This document shows positions 11,983 through 22,949 of a DNA stretch of 64,000 nt, in pieces. The translations under genes were made by a program, and so were the position numbers. Source of the stretch: an uncultured Nitrososphaerales archaeon. GTDB lineage: Archaea; Thermoproteota; Nitrososphaeria; Nitrososphaerales; Nitrososphaeraceae. The notes below the pieces were generated by a model. The model worked only from the letters and a program-made list of their open reading frames with translations. It did not search any database and was not told the DNA's origin. The stretch lies in assembly GCA_963695855.1 (NCBI GenBank), contig CAVOHZ010000003.1:320001-384000 (forward strand), given 5' to 3'. Positions within the stretch are counted from its first letter, which is position 1. Each line of letters begins with the position of its first letter.

Positions 11983-12501
11983 ATGAAAGATCTATCCAAG
12001 TATGTAATAATTGCTATTGGATTCGTTGCCATTTCAATATTAGTTCCCAACATCCAGGCACAAAACAATTCAGAAATTTCATCAAGCCAAGGTCAACCTC
12101 AGACTGCATCTAATGAGACAATGTCTTTAATGTCATTAAATATAGGAGATCTCAAAGACTCACTTGTTAATGCAAAAGATGCCGTTTCAACAGGAAATTT
12201 TGAAAATGCATTGACAGAAGTCACAAATGTCGAAAATCAACTATTGCTTGTTAAAGGAGAACAACCACCATTTGTAAGTGATATCCAGGGCATAAAAGAA
12301 TCTATAGCCAATTCAGATGTTCCGAAGACACTCGATGGAATAACGAATATCCAAATTGAACTATTAAAAGCCGAAACGGATATGATGAAAGCAAACCAGG
12401 GAAACCCACAAATGATGATGGCTCAAAATGCCAATAATGACAATAATAACAACCAACAAAACGATAATGATGATAACGCCGATGATAATGATAAAAATTA
12501 A
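11983..12501 (+). CDS. Secreted helical protein with Asn/Asp-rich tail
   Basis: Signal peptide; a decayed paralog lies at 56.4-58.9 kb. Confidence 0.8.
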   Translation: MKDLSKYVIIAIGFVAISILVPNIQAQNNSEISSSQGQPQTASNETMSLMSLNIGDLKDSLVNAKDAVSTGNFENALTEVTNVENQLLLVKGEQPPFVSDIQGIKESIANSDVPKTLDGITNIQIELLKAETDMMKANQGNPQMMMAQNANNDNNNNQQNDNDDNADDNDKN

Positions 12502-12672
12502 TGATTAATCTTCCTTTATTTTTTTAGAAATTGAAGTTATTATAAATCCATAAGTTGAAAGTTGAGAAATATTGATTAACGCGGCAAATGCTGAATTCGT
12601 AGTGTTTTCATAGCTTCGAAGGTCTTATGTATGATTTGTATCTCAATCAATAGATATTAATATCCTCAATAT

Positions 12673-13047
12673 GTGTATTTTATTGATACTTTAGAATTTT
12701 ACACATATTTTTATATATTATGTATTACTATAAATAATATGGAGACTTTCCATAATATTTATTGCTATGATCCCATTGATAAGAATGCCAGACTAATAGG
12801 AGGAAAAAGTATTGGAAAAATTAAAAAAATCCTAGATAAAAATATAATTACACAAAGGGATAATGGAGAAATATTTTATTTACCAAATAAGTATATTTAC
12901 GGATTTGATGGAATGAATTTTTGGTTTATGTTATCAGAACGGGACGTATGTGAATATAAAATCAACGGGGTATTTGACATTCAATATTTTTCTTCATCAG
13001 CAAATCCGAGTATCTATTTTATAAGTGATAAATGGATGGTCAATTAA
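12673..13047 (+). CDS. Hypothetical protein, PRC-barrel-like
   Basis: KNARLIGGKSIGKI...FYLP...GFDG pattern shared with 13957 and 55868 ORFs; start likely internal (METF). Confidence 0.55.
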   Translation: MYFIDTLEFYTYFYILCITINNMETFHNIYCYDPIDKNARLIGGKSIGKIKKILDKNIITQRDNGEIFYLPNKYIYGFDGMNFWFMLSERDVCEYKINGVFDIQYFSSSANPSIYFISDKWMVN

Positions 13048-13154
13048 TATGTGTGGGTAATACGTGCAATTGCATGTTTGAGCATGTTTGATCAAAAGGA
13101 ATTTCCGTAACGTAATTTAATTTACTTTCAACGAGCGAATGATACCTAGATGTA

Positions 13155-13298
13155 TCATCCACCTCCTGCTCCCTCGCCTCCTCCTGTTGATTCAACTTCG
13201 AACGGTTCCATTTCCTTTTTTATTTCTTCTAGGCTTTGATTTTTTAAATCGTCTTGGGTTCCTTTCCTTTCAATCTTTTTTTTGGGTTTTTTGCTCAT
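13155..13298 (-). CDS. Unannotated 47-aa charged micro-protein ending in GGG
   Basis: Hand translation MSKKPKKK...ESTGGGEGAGGG*; TATA-like element about 25 bp upstream. Confidence 0.55.
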   Translation of the reverse strand: MSKKPKKKIERKGTQDDLKNQSLEEIKKEMEPFEVESTGGGEGAGGG

Positions 13299-13741
13299 AA
13301 TAGATAATGTATTTCATTTTTTATAACTCTTATCCAATAATTATGTCCCAGACCTTTTAACGAGGTTTTGCTACCATTAAAAATAAAGAAAAATTTCGCA
13401 GAGTAAACAGCTTGGTGGATAGATACAAGTGATAGAGCATTGATTGAGTGGATGGAATTATCATGTATTATATGTAATTTTTGCTTTGTACGTTTTCCAA
13501 GAAAAATACTCCAGGATAAATGAAAATAATAATAAATCTCTAAATTTGTAAATTAGACCTTTAGCTGAAATCTAAATATTTCATTGTTTGGACAAGATAA
13601 AATGAGGTCAATTTCTGATGAGTAAAACATAATCATTTACCATTACCATTTATATCAAATGGGTTAATATTCAAAATCAATTGTTAATAACCAGCCGGGA
13701 TTTCGTTAAACTGTTTTATACTATAATGTAGAGATCTAAGT

Positions 13742-13960
13742 ATGAATGAAATTATCGAATTAGACAATAATGCATATAATATTTCAATAGCCTTAGGACA
13801 TGATGCCAACTTTCTATATGATATTATTAATAAATATCGCGATGATGCAAAAAGATCCAATAGAGATGATTTGGTAAATCTATGGGAAGAAATAAAAAAA
13901 GATAGACAAAGACATTTAGATATTTTGAAAGAAGCATTAGAGAAAGAAATACAAAAATGA
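13742..13960 (+). CDS. Small ferritin-like helical protein
   Basis: KYRDDA...LWEEIKKDRQRHL pattern resembling half a ferritin-like bundle. Confidence 0.65.
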   Translation: MNEIIELDNNAYNISIALGHDANFLYDIINKYRDDAKRSNRDDLVNLWEEIKKDRQRHLDILKEALEKEIQK

Positions 13961-14424
13961 TTCATAATATTAAAGGATCGGAAATAATTACTTCAGATAA
14001 TAAAAATATTGGTAAGGTAAGGAGGATAGATAAAAAAAATAGGGACTATTTTATTGTTTTTAAAAAGGGTCTTTTTAATGATGAAGAGTTTCATATACCT
14101 TTTGAAGCTATAGTCCGAAAATCGGAAGACGATAATAAAATTTTTTTAAATTTGAAAGAGTCACAACTAAAACATGGTCATGAATTAATAAAAAAACATA
14201 GACCATCGGACCTAGTAAAAGGAAAATCATATCCTACATTTGCTAATCCTATCGAAAAAGAGATAATCCGATATGAAGTATTTTCTACATCGAAAACTAG
14301 AAAGAAAGAAAAAAAAGAGATACCGAGTAAGTTTTTGTGTGATAGCTGCTCAGAACAGTTTGAAAATGGTCAAAATTTAGAACAACATAGAATGGAAGCA
14401 CATTTTGGCCCAGTTGGCATATAA
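13957..14424 (+). CDS. PRC-barrel-like protein with C-terminal C2H2 zinc finger
   Basis: IKGSEIITSDNKNIGKV...FHIPFEAI; CDSC-x12-HRMEAH. Confidence 0.75.
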   Translation: MIHNIKGSEIITSDNKNIGKVRRIDKKNRDYFIVFKKGLFNDEEFHIPFEAIVRKSEDDNKIFLNLKESQLKHGHELIKKHRPSDLVKGKSYPTFANPIEKEIIRYEVFSTSKTRKKEKKEIPSKFLCDSCSEQFENGQNLEQHRMEAHFGPVGI

Positions 14425-15192
14425 TATATTTTAAAATATCATATTTTAGATTTTTACTTACTAGTGTCTTTTTTTTAACATAATTAAGTCTATTTCTGCT
14501 TTATTAGCCATCCAATCTTCTATTCCTTTGTGTACAAACATAAGCAATATATAGAATAGTCAGGTACGTCATCTTACACCTTGTATTTGTATTTCTTGCT
14601 CAATGTTCCTTCAAAAAAGAACATTTCAATGCTATAAAGATTAAAAAATAAATTTTGGTGGAATACAAATCCGAGGTTAATATTTAAAATCGAGAACAAA
14701 AAGCAACGAGAGTTGTCTCATTCTTGTCTGGTTAAACAACCTTTGAGAATGGTGATGCAATAATGTTCTAGATCTGTTTTAACCAATACATTATATAATT
14801 TACCTCGTTCAGAAGGTGACCTACAAAACTTCATTGATATGATCCTCTTGGCGACACAAAAAAAGTATATCAAAATTGTTCATAAGATCTATGTGATTAT
14901 GGTTATAAATTAAAAATAATATCATAAAAATAAAAAATAAATTAAGGTATATCTGGATTTAGTTAATAATCCGTAATCTTTATAGATTATTAACTATCCC
15001 TTGAACCTACCTTGGTCATTCCCTTTTTTTGTATTGTTCTTCAGCATAATTGGAGTTTGTACCTGTATTGCCTTGATCGACAATTTCTTGATCATCTTTA
15101 TTTCTCTTAACTGCAGTCGGTTCATGTGAAGTGATTTTTTCGGGAGACATAGGATCCTTTCCTCTATAATTATTTTTTTTCTTTCTTATATT

Positions 15193-15230
15193 ATAATGTA
15201 ATTCTATAATGTAATTCTATAATGTAATTC
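15193..15230. repeat. 13-bp tandem repeat (about 3 copies)
   Basis: ATAATGTAATTCT x3. Confidence 0.8.
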
Positions 15231-15376
15231 ATTTTATATAACCATTATAGGAATAATGGTTATGTTTTTTATTTAATTGATATAAATACAAAATCTCACT
15301 TAGGCGCAAACTATGCAATATATATTTTTCTTGTTAACCGTTATAAACTATATTGTATGATTAATATGTAGATATA

Positions 15377-15862
15377 ATGGTAGAAAAGAAAATGATAGAA
15401 CAAAAAATTGGAGAAGCAATAGGCTTAGAGAAAGCAGCTCAAAAGGTAGTGGAAGAACTAAAGTCGAAAGGGTTAATAAAACAAGAACATGAAAAAAAAC
15501 TGATGATCATGAAAGAAGAAGCAAACAATCAACAGACAAAGATGGAAGACCTCATCACACAAATTGCTGAGAGCGAGGGATTAAGTTTAGATAATATTAT
15601 TTCCGTTACTGACGAGACGGCTGAAAAAGCGTACAAAATAATGATTACTTATTTGGGAGAATCACCAGATGAACAAGAAGCTTTGGAATTTTTATGTCTA
15701 GCAGAAGGTGCAGAGGTTACTCATTATGAGGTTCTGTCTTCTATGGCAAAAAAAGTAAAGAGCAGAAAATTTGGGACGACAGTTAGGTCTATATTGAAAG
15801 AAGAAATAGACCATTTGAAATTATGTACAAAATACGCTAAACAAAATATCGTCAGGGAGTAA
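15377..15862 (+). CDS. Ferritin-like domain protein
   Basis: E...EE..., AEGAEVTHYEVL, EEIDH four-helix pattern. Confidence 0.75.
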   Translation: MVEKKMIEQKIGEAIGLEKAAQKVVEELKSKGLIKQEHEKKLMIMKEEANNQQTKMEDLITQIAESEGLSLDNIISVTDETAEKAYKIMITYLGESPDEQEALEFLCLAEGAEVTHYEVLSSMAKKVKSRKFGTTVRSILKEEIDHLKLCTKYAKQNIVRE

Positions 15863-15878
15863 GAAAATTCAATACAAT

Positions 15879-16652
15879 CTATTTTAATTTACAAACTATT
15901 GGCATATCTTGCTTATGCTGATTTTTATCAATAAGTAATTTTATTTTCAAAATTTTTGTCTTTGAAATATCAGTTGTACTAAGTAAATTAGGTTTTGATT
16001 TTTTATGTTCTAACAATTGGAGAATCTTGTCAATTTCTTCATAATTTATACCTAGTTCTTTTTCGGCCGTTTGACCTTTCCACAAACGGGCGCTACTCGT
16101 TTTATTAATTATTTTAATAGGAATCTCCAAATATTGAGCAAGGGTTCTTACCTCTGATTTATATAGATCACCAATAGGAAATAGGTCAACACCTCCATCT
16201 CCGTATTTTGTGTAATAACCTAACATAATTTCACTCTTATCTCCTGTACCTAAAACTAGGCTGTGCTTTAAAGTTGCATAATAGTAAAGAACTGACATTC
16301 TTAGTCTCACTAAAAGATTAGCGACTGCCATTTTATTTTTAGGCAGTTTTCTTACCAATTCTTTTTTGATCTTTTTGAGATCTATTACCTTATATTTTAT
16401 CTTTAAACTTTTTGCTAGTTTAATAGCGTCCGCTGTATCAGCTCGTGGAGTGACAGAAGAATCCGGAAGCATTAATGCAAATACCCTTTTGCTTCCTAAG
16501 GCTTTAACTGCTAATAGTCCAACTAAAGATGAGTCTACACCACCACTTAAACCTACAACTATGCCTTGGGATTTCCTTTTTTGAACTTCTAGTTTTATAA
16601 AATTCACTATTGTGTTAGGCACGAGATTATTATCATTCTTATCCTTAGTCAA
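15879..16652 (-). CDS. nadE: NH3-dependent NAD+ synthetase
   Basis: GLSGGVDS, RLRM, GYYTKYGDG, DLYKSEV, SARLWKGQTAE. Confidence 0.96.
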   Translation of the reverse strand: MTKDKNDNNLVPNTIVNFIKLEVQKRKSQGIVVGLSGGVDSSLVGLLAVKALGSKRVFALMLPDSSVTPRADTADAIKLAKSLKIKYKVIDLKKIKKELVRKLPKNKMAVANLLVRLRMSVLYYYATLKHSLVLGTGDKSEIMLGYYTKYGDGGVDLFPIGDLYKSEVRTLAQYLEIPIKIINKTSSARLWKGQTAEKELGINYEEIDKILQLLEHKKSKPNLLSTTDISKTKILKIKLLIDKNQHKQDMPIVCKLK

Positions 16653-16902
16653 TTTAATATTGATAAATCCTTATTTCTTATATACATATTAATTATTTTT
16701 AATCTTGCATTACTTTATTTAAAAAACTGTTTTAAACTGATAATCAACAAAGTTACTAAGGTCGAGTATTTAATTTCTTTTTCGAACGAGTAATATTACT
16801 AACCTTTAAGTTCGGTGGGACACTTTTTAAAAAAATGTATATAAAATTGCTAGTCTTCTACTAATCATTGCAGTTCAAATAACAAATAATTATATAAAAA
16901 AA

Positions 16903-17376
16903 TTATTGTCCAAAAGGACTTTCTAATTTAGCTCCTGCGGCTACATCAGAACCATTTGGATCCGCATCGTCATTTGGTTCTTCCGTGATCACGAACTGAG
17001 AGTAGGTATATGGATTTACCATTTTCTGAGTAAAGTTTAACTCATTATTGTCAAATTCACCTAAGCTCAATTTATATCCTGATCCACCAGCATCTTCTAA
17101 CCAGCCTTCATATACTCTGTCTTGGGGCGCTGCTACATCAATTTGGGCCTGCAACTTTATGTTATTATCTTGTGAAGAAATCATTAACGTTCCTTTTTTT
17201 TCACCTCCATAAGGAGTAGGTCCTTCTGGGGCAGTAAGGTCTATCTGTGTTTCCTGTGCTAGAACAATAGGAAATAACACTGGGCTCGTTAAAGCTAATG
17301 ATATTATAATTGCTATTGCATAGCTAACTTTATTCACGTTCGACCCTTTTACTTTAAAATAACCTGTCTCTTTCAT
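16903..17376 (-). CDS. Secreted protein with RskA-like C-terminal domain
   Basis: Signal peptide; VYEGWL...SLG...VITEEP motif. Confidence 0.65.
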   Translation of the reverse strand: MKETGYFKVKGSNVNKVSYAIAIIISLALTSPVLFPIVLAQETQIDLTAPEGPTPYGGEKKGTLMISSQDNNIKLQAQIDVAAPQDRVYEGWLEDAGGSGYKLSLGEFDNNELNFTQKMVNPYTYSQFVITEEPNDDADPNGSDVAAGAKLESPFGQ

Positions 17377-18078
17377 ATTTCTATTAGTACAATAAACTAT
17401 AAATCTGATTATGTACTTAATAGTTTTTTAAATATGTGTCAAGACGGCATAAGTATAACGTAAAATAAATGATGTACCACATGGCATCATTATTTAGAAT
17501 ACAATTATTTTGATTAATTATATCATAACAATGAAGCACAACGAAGCACAATATTGCATTAGATATCTTTAATACGTTACGAATGATTTTACCTTCCGAT
17601 AGTTTAATTCAAGTTTAGTTCAATGGAATAAAAATCTGGTCGTTATTACATGACCAGATGTCTAATGAAATAATTTATAATATTTTAGCTATGGCTAAAT
17701 ATTATATATTTAATTGCACAAGACAGTTAAAATTCAGAAAATTAATGTTTAAACTCATTATAGCCCATTATTCCGCGAGAAGAAATTAAGGTTGTTGCTT
17801 TTAATTCAAAAAATGTAATTAATTTATCTCATTCATAATCTTGTAATTAAAAGAATATATCTCCTCCTTAATCAAAATTTTTAGACAATACAGAATTTTA
17901 GTGTTATACGGTTTTTATATTATTTAAAATATTAGAAATTGCGATTTGAAACTAAGAACTGGCAAACTATAACTAATTTAAGAGATAACATATAGACAAA
18001 ATAGATTTACTTCATAATTTACTTTAGTGCAGTAAAATTTAAAAAAAATAGATGTTAGGAAGGATGATATAATTTGCT

Positions 18079-18366
18079 TTACTTCCCTAAATCTTTTATA
18101 CCTTCCCCAATATCGGATAATACTTCTCCTGTACCCTTGGCAAGACCTTTGGCTGCTTCTCCAGTTTTATTCAGTAATTCTGAGCCAGCTTTAGATGCAT
18201 TATCTTGCGCTTCTTCTGCCGTTTGATTAATAGATTTGGAGGCATCTTTCAGCTTTTGATTTGTCTCTTCGGAAATTGCAAATGCAGGAATTATGATTGA
18301 TCCTACTATAGCCGACAATGTCAATACGAGTGAGAGGAATATTCCAAATTGAATACGGTTAATCAA
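18079..18366 (-). CDS. Secreted LEA-like amphipathic protein
   Basis: Signal peptide followed by A/K/E/G-rich helical repeats. Confidence 0.7.
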   Translation of the reverse strand: MINRIQFGIFLSLVLTLSAIVGSIIIPAFAISEETNQKLKDASKSINQTAEEAQDNASKAGSELLNKTGEAAKGLAKGTGEVLSDIGEGIKDLGK

Positions 18367-18557
18367 TCCAAAGGTGCCTCTTTAGCTTTTTCTTTCTCGT
18401 ACTCAGTTTCTAGATCTCTATCAGGATCTTGTATTTTTTTGCCTACTGCCTTCAACCCCGCCTTTATTTTATCGCCAGCACCTTCGTCTGTATCAGTATA
18501 ATCAGTCTCGCTATCTGTATCTACTTTATATTCTGTTTCTTTTTTTATATCTACCAT
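18363..18557 (-). CDS. Small hydrophilin-like protein
   Basis: D/E/K/T-rich with repeated ETEY; overlaps the next gene start by 4 bp. Confidence 0.7.
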   Translation of the reverse strand: MVDIKKETEYKVDTDSETDYTDTDEGAGDKIKAGLKAVGKKIQDPDRDLETEYEKEKAKEAPLD

Positions 18558-18698
18558 TGTACTATATTTAACACATTAAACTATATTAAGATGATATACT
18601 TGGTTCAAAAATGTCTAATAATTAGACCTGGTCCTATAATAAAATGCCTGTATTTGGTCAACAAAATATATTAGCATGATCGTTTATATTATTCTTAA

Positions 18699-18869
18699 AT
18701 GGTATCGCTAGAAAGTGGTATTGTCCTAATAATTGTGGGTGTAATAGTGTTATTTCTAAACCGATTGCTCCCGGCACTCCCTGCTCGTATCATGTATGTG
18801 ATAGGTTCGATCTTGCTTGTCATAGGAATAATACTAGTTATTGTATATTTGGTATATGCGGTAGTTTAA
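18699..18869 (+). CDS. Unannotated 56-aa two-helix membrane protein
   Basis: Hand translation MVSLESGIVLIIVGVIVLFLNRLLPALPARIMYVIGSILLVIGIILVIVYLVYAVV*. Confidence 0.65.
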   Translation: MVSLESGIVLIIVGVIVLFLNRLLPALPARIMYVIGSILLVIGIILVIVYLVYAVV

Positions 18870-19894
18870 GTTAGGGCCTCAGCATTTATTTTATTTTTTT
18901 ATTTGTGACTTCATTTTCATACCTTATGGTATAATTTTTATTTTGGTGATTTTACACGTTTAATTTCTATTGGATTTTCAATTAAAGGTTTTTTTATAAA
19001 ATCGTCGACAAAAAGAAGGATTAAAAATCAGAAAGGCCCCCAAATAATTTGTCAAATCATGATGTTTTAATTATTACTTTAAGGATAGTGAACCTGCTTA
19101 TATTATCTACTTAATTCTACTTTATTGATTTAAGGATTGATTTTACGAAGAACGATTTTTGATTTGTTTTTTCGTTTTAATAACGTTTATCATTTTTGTA
19201 TCAAATGATTATTTATTCATAATAAAGCTTATTTGTCCATTAATCTCAAGATAAGGTAATCTTATCTCTGATAGGTCATCCGTACCGTGCAGTCGCATCT
19301 GCGATTCGAATTCATTGTCATTTTAGCCCTTTCTAATGCACCTTCTAAAAACTTTCCATTTTTAACCAACAATATAGTTTTTTCCCATAAATCTTTCGAA
19401 TAATTTAAAAATAAATGAAATTCATTTTCAGAAAGAGAGCTGATTAAAATTATTGTATATTTAACGCCATGTAGGTAATACTTAAAATGATATATGGACA
19501 AGAATTAAATGGATTGTAAAATGGATCCAGGCATTTTTCCCATTTGACTATGACTTCATGTTGAAAAATTAAAAGATAAACTGAAAATTATATAATTTCT
19601 GTATTAAACAATTTTTGTTATAATCGAACATATTAAAGTTAAAAATTAAAATAGTTGCTCTTTTGTAAATTTGTGAGTAAAAATTACAAATGTGGTGATG
19701 ATTTTATTCATTAAATTAATTTTAATAATCTCTTATTCGCTAAATCTTATCTCAAGAGAACTGGATTCCTTTTCTAAATAAAAAAATAAAAATTACTAGT
19801 ATGGGCCTCGCCTTAAAATCCTTTTACTATACACATTATAGATAAACATCTAGAATTAAAAATTATATAATTCTCTTGATATGAAATATAATGA

Positions 19895-19945
19895 ATTGTA
19901 TGAAATCTATAACCTAAAAGATTGTATGAAACCTATAATCTAAAA
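19895..19945. repeat. Imperfect 26-bp direct repeat upstream of the phosphatase gene
   Basis: ATTGTATGAAATCTATAACCTAAAA / ATTGTATGAAACCTATAATCTAAAA. Confidence 0.7.
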
Positions 19946-20009
19946 TGTCTACTATTCACAATGAGAAGGAACATTATTTAAATTATAATGTGGTTATAAT
20001 AAATAGCTG

Positions 20010-20573
20010 ATGACCTTAATTGGGGATTTTTATAGATGGATTAGTAGTAAGATATCTCCTAGGCCGACCAATTTTAGCTGGGTCATAAAAGGTCAATTAG
20101 CGGGAAGTGGATTGCCACTAACTTTTAAGCAGTTTCAATGGATACAAAGTGAAGATATTAAGACTATTATAACGTTAAGAGAGATCCCGCTCCCCCCAAA
20201 ATGGTTTGATACCCTAGATAGTTTAAATAGCATTAACAAGTTAGACGATGTAAAAAATCATAAAGAGAATAGAATGAATTATTTACATCTGTATGTAGAA
20301 GATTATAAAGTACCGTCAATTCAAGACATTGATTCCACAGTTAAATTTATTGAAAATGAAATTAAATTAAATAGATCTGTGATGGTTCACTGTGCAGCAG
20401 GTAAGGGAAGGACAGGAACAATATTGGCAGCTTATCTATTAAAGAAAGACAATCTGTCGCCGGAACAAGCAATCAAAAAAATTAGAGAAATTAGACCTGG
20501 CTCAATCCAAACAACAATACAAGAAAAATCTATATACGAATATTCAAGTTATATAAATTCAAGAAAAAACTGA
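20010..20573 (+). CDS. Dual-specificity protein phosphatase
   Basis: HCAAGKGRTG (HCx5R), NFSWV, RPGSIQT. Confidence 0.93.
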   Translation: MTLIGDFYRWISSKISPRPTNFSWVIKGQLAGSGLPLTFKQFQWIQSEDIKTIITLREIPLPPKWFDTLDSLNSINKLDDVKNHKENRMNYLHLYVEDYKVPSIQDIDSTVKFIENEIKLNRSVMVHCAAGKGRTGTILAAYLLKKDNLSPEQAIKKIREIRPGSIQTTIQEKSIYEYSSYINSRKN

Positions 20574-20675
20574 CACCTGTTCATGACATGACTTTGGTTA
20601 TTGAAAATTAGTATTATCGATTTATAGTGTATACAAATATATGATTATTAATTAATAACTTAGATACATATTAAA

Positions 20676-21065
20676 ATGAATTTTGATCAATTAGATGAAT
20701 GCAGTTATTTAGTAAAGCAGGCAAGAAATAGCGGGAAAGATGAGAAATTTAAAAATCTAGAAGGAAAAATTATAGATTTTATACTAAGTGAAAATTTCAT
20801 GTTTCCTGTGGAAAAAAAAGTTCTAATAAATGACAATAGTGCTTCTTTTGTATACAAAGGCAACAAGACATTCATGAATACTTTTGAATTTCTAAGTGAA
20901 CTGCTTGAATTAGATATTCCTTTCCATTTGAATGGCTGTAAATTTGGTCCGTCAGAAATCATAGTTGCAGCGACCAGCGAAGAAAATGCCAAGACCAAAC
21001 TACAAGAGAATACTCTCACCCTTCAAAAGATGGTCAGATCAAAAATAATAAAGAAAAAGAAGTGA
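20676..21065 (+). CDS. Hypothetical protein
   Basis: ATG-started ORF co-directional with neighbours. Confidence 0.7.
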   Translation: MNFDQLDECSYLVKQARNSGKDEKFKNLEGKIIDFILSENFMFPVEKKVLINDNSASFVYKGNKTFMNTFEFLSELLELDIPFHLNGCKFGPSEIIVAATSEENAKTKLQENTLTLQKMVRSKIIKKKK

Positions 21066-21205
21066 AATGGCCATTATCCCATGTATTATGCAATATGGAG
21101 CAGCACATATAAGGACAAAAAGATAGGACAGGATGAAATTTTCCAAAACTACTGAGCTCAAATGTATTATATGAGACTACATGAATAATTGATTGAAGTG
21201 ATTAT

Positions 21206-22174
21206 TTGAAGAATTCGGAAATTAATAAAGTAATTATTATAAATCCTAGTTCCCAGAGTGGACGTACTGGAAAAGATAAGGATGTACTGTTTAACTCTTT
21301 AAAGGAGTCAATTAAAAATTCTAAAATAATCTTTACAAAGAAACCAGGTGAGGGTAAATCTTTAGCTAGACAGTACTTGAAGAAGGGATACAAAGAGATT
21401 CTTGCTGTTGGAGGTGATGGAACCATAAATGAGGTAGGTAACGGGTTTTTTGAACCTAATAATGTAGATAAACCAGATTTGATAAAAAATATAAATCCTA
21501 AGGCAATATTTTCTATTCTACCTTGTGGAACGAGAAATGTGTTTGCGAATTCACTTGGTCTGCCGCAGCAGTTTGAAGAATGTGTTAATTCGCATTGTAA
21601 ATTAAAACCAAAAAAAATTGATGTCATCGCAGCTATTGTTACTAATCCTATATCAAAAAAACTTACAAAACCTCGTATTTGTTTTAATGCGGTAGAGATT
21701 GGCGCGGCAGCTGAAATAATACAAAGATCAAAGAAAGTCAGAAGTAAAATAAACAGCAGATTAATATCTACTATCACAGGTATTATTTCAACCGTACCGA
21801 CTTATACAAGTAATATGTTAGAGATCACAATTGACGATAAAATAACTATAAATCAAAATGTTACAATTTGTGTCATTGCAAATGGAAAATATTTAGGCGG
21901 ACAATTTAATGTCGCTCCTCAGTCAAGTATTTCAGATGGTTACTTTGATATAATTCTGCTTAAAGATTCTGGAAGTTTGATGATGTTGGGCGGGATTGTT
22001 CGGATGAAAAGTGGCAATTATTTTGAAAAAGATAACATTTTGTATTTTAGAGCCAAGAAAGTCCATATAAAATCTAAAGAAAGAAGTGTAAGCATTAGTG
22101 TTGATGGCGAACCAATAGGAGTTCTTCCAGCAACCTTTCAGATTTTGCACAACAAATTATTTATGAGGATTTAG
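21206..22174 (+). CDS. Diacylglycerol kinase / YegS-like lipid kinase
   Basis: IINP, GGDGTINEV, LPCGTRNVFA, NGKYLGG, VDGE. Confidence 0.93.
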   Translation: MKNSEINKVIIINPSSQSGRTGKDKDVLFNSLKESIKNSKIIFTKKPGEGKSLARQYLKKGYKEILAVGGDGTINEVGNGFFEPNNVDKPDLIKNINPKAIFSILPCGTRNVFANSLGLPQQFEECVNSHCKLKPKKIDVIAAIVTNPISKKLTKPRICFNAVEIGAAAEIIQRSKKVRSKINSRLISTITGIISTVPTYTSNMLEITIDDKITINQNVTICVIANGKYLGGQFNVAPQSSISDGYFDIILLKDSGSLMMLGGIVRMKSGNYFEKDNILYFRAKKVHIKSKERSVSISVDGEPIGVLPATFQILHNKLFMRI

Positions 22175-22325
22175 TAGGTAAGAATTTGTAATAAGTCAAT
22201 ATCTATAATTATTAGATTATGCCACTCGTTATTTAGATTAATGAAGATTTAAAATTGCAAAATGCAGTTCATGTTGTATTTGCAATAAACAATATAACGT
22301 CACGTTAAGCTTATCTCCTTTTATG

Positions 22326-22604
22326 TTAGTTTTCTATCACGGATTTAATATGAAATTTTATTCCACAAAAGGGACAGTATGAAATTGGAAGTTCGTACAA
22401 CTCTAAATTATTTTCTCCAGCGTAGCCTAAAGTATCGATAAGGTATATCTTTAAATCTTTTACATCATAATTGGAAACGCCTATAAGATTTTTTTTTAAA
22501 GCCTGTTTGAACAAGGCACAACATGTTGTTAACAACTTTTTTTCTCTTAATAAATCACCATCATATTTGATAAGAATTAACATTTCAATCGTATTGCTTT
22601 CCAA
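22326..22604 (-). CDS. Small Cys-rich putative zinc-binding protein
   Basis: CC...ISYCPFCG. Confidence 0.65.
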   Translation of the reverse strand: MESNTIEMLILIKYDGDLLREKKLLTTCCALFKQALKKNLIGVSNYDVKDLKIYLIDTLGYAGENNLELYELPISYCPFCGIKFHIKSVIEN

Positions 22605-22949
22605 ATTCTTTTACTAAATTATATACAACATCTATATTAGGTCTTTCAGTTTATCCTTTTTTCAATTAGGTAAAAGCTACATTGTGAAATTAGCTTTCTC
22701 TGAATTTTCTCTGGATGTAAATCTTTTACGTACTTCAAATACTGTGGACCCACCATCTAATTTTGTTTGCGTAATCTTTTTCTTCCTTATTGCCATGATT
22801 CATCGAGACAAACATACATAATCACATTAGCTACATCTCTAGGTCCTACAAGTACTATCAAGACGCACTCATATTTTTTGTCAAGATTGTACTTTCATAT
22901 TTAGTATTAAAGTGGACAATAAAATAAAGAAATCCTAGATATTATTGAT

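Noticed and set aside
19262-19501. 79-aa ORF
   Set aside because: No supportable family assignment; possibly a decayed fragment
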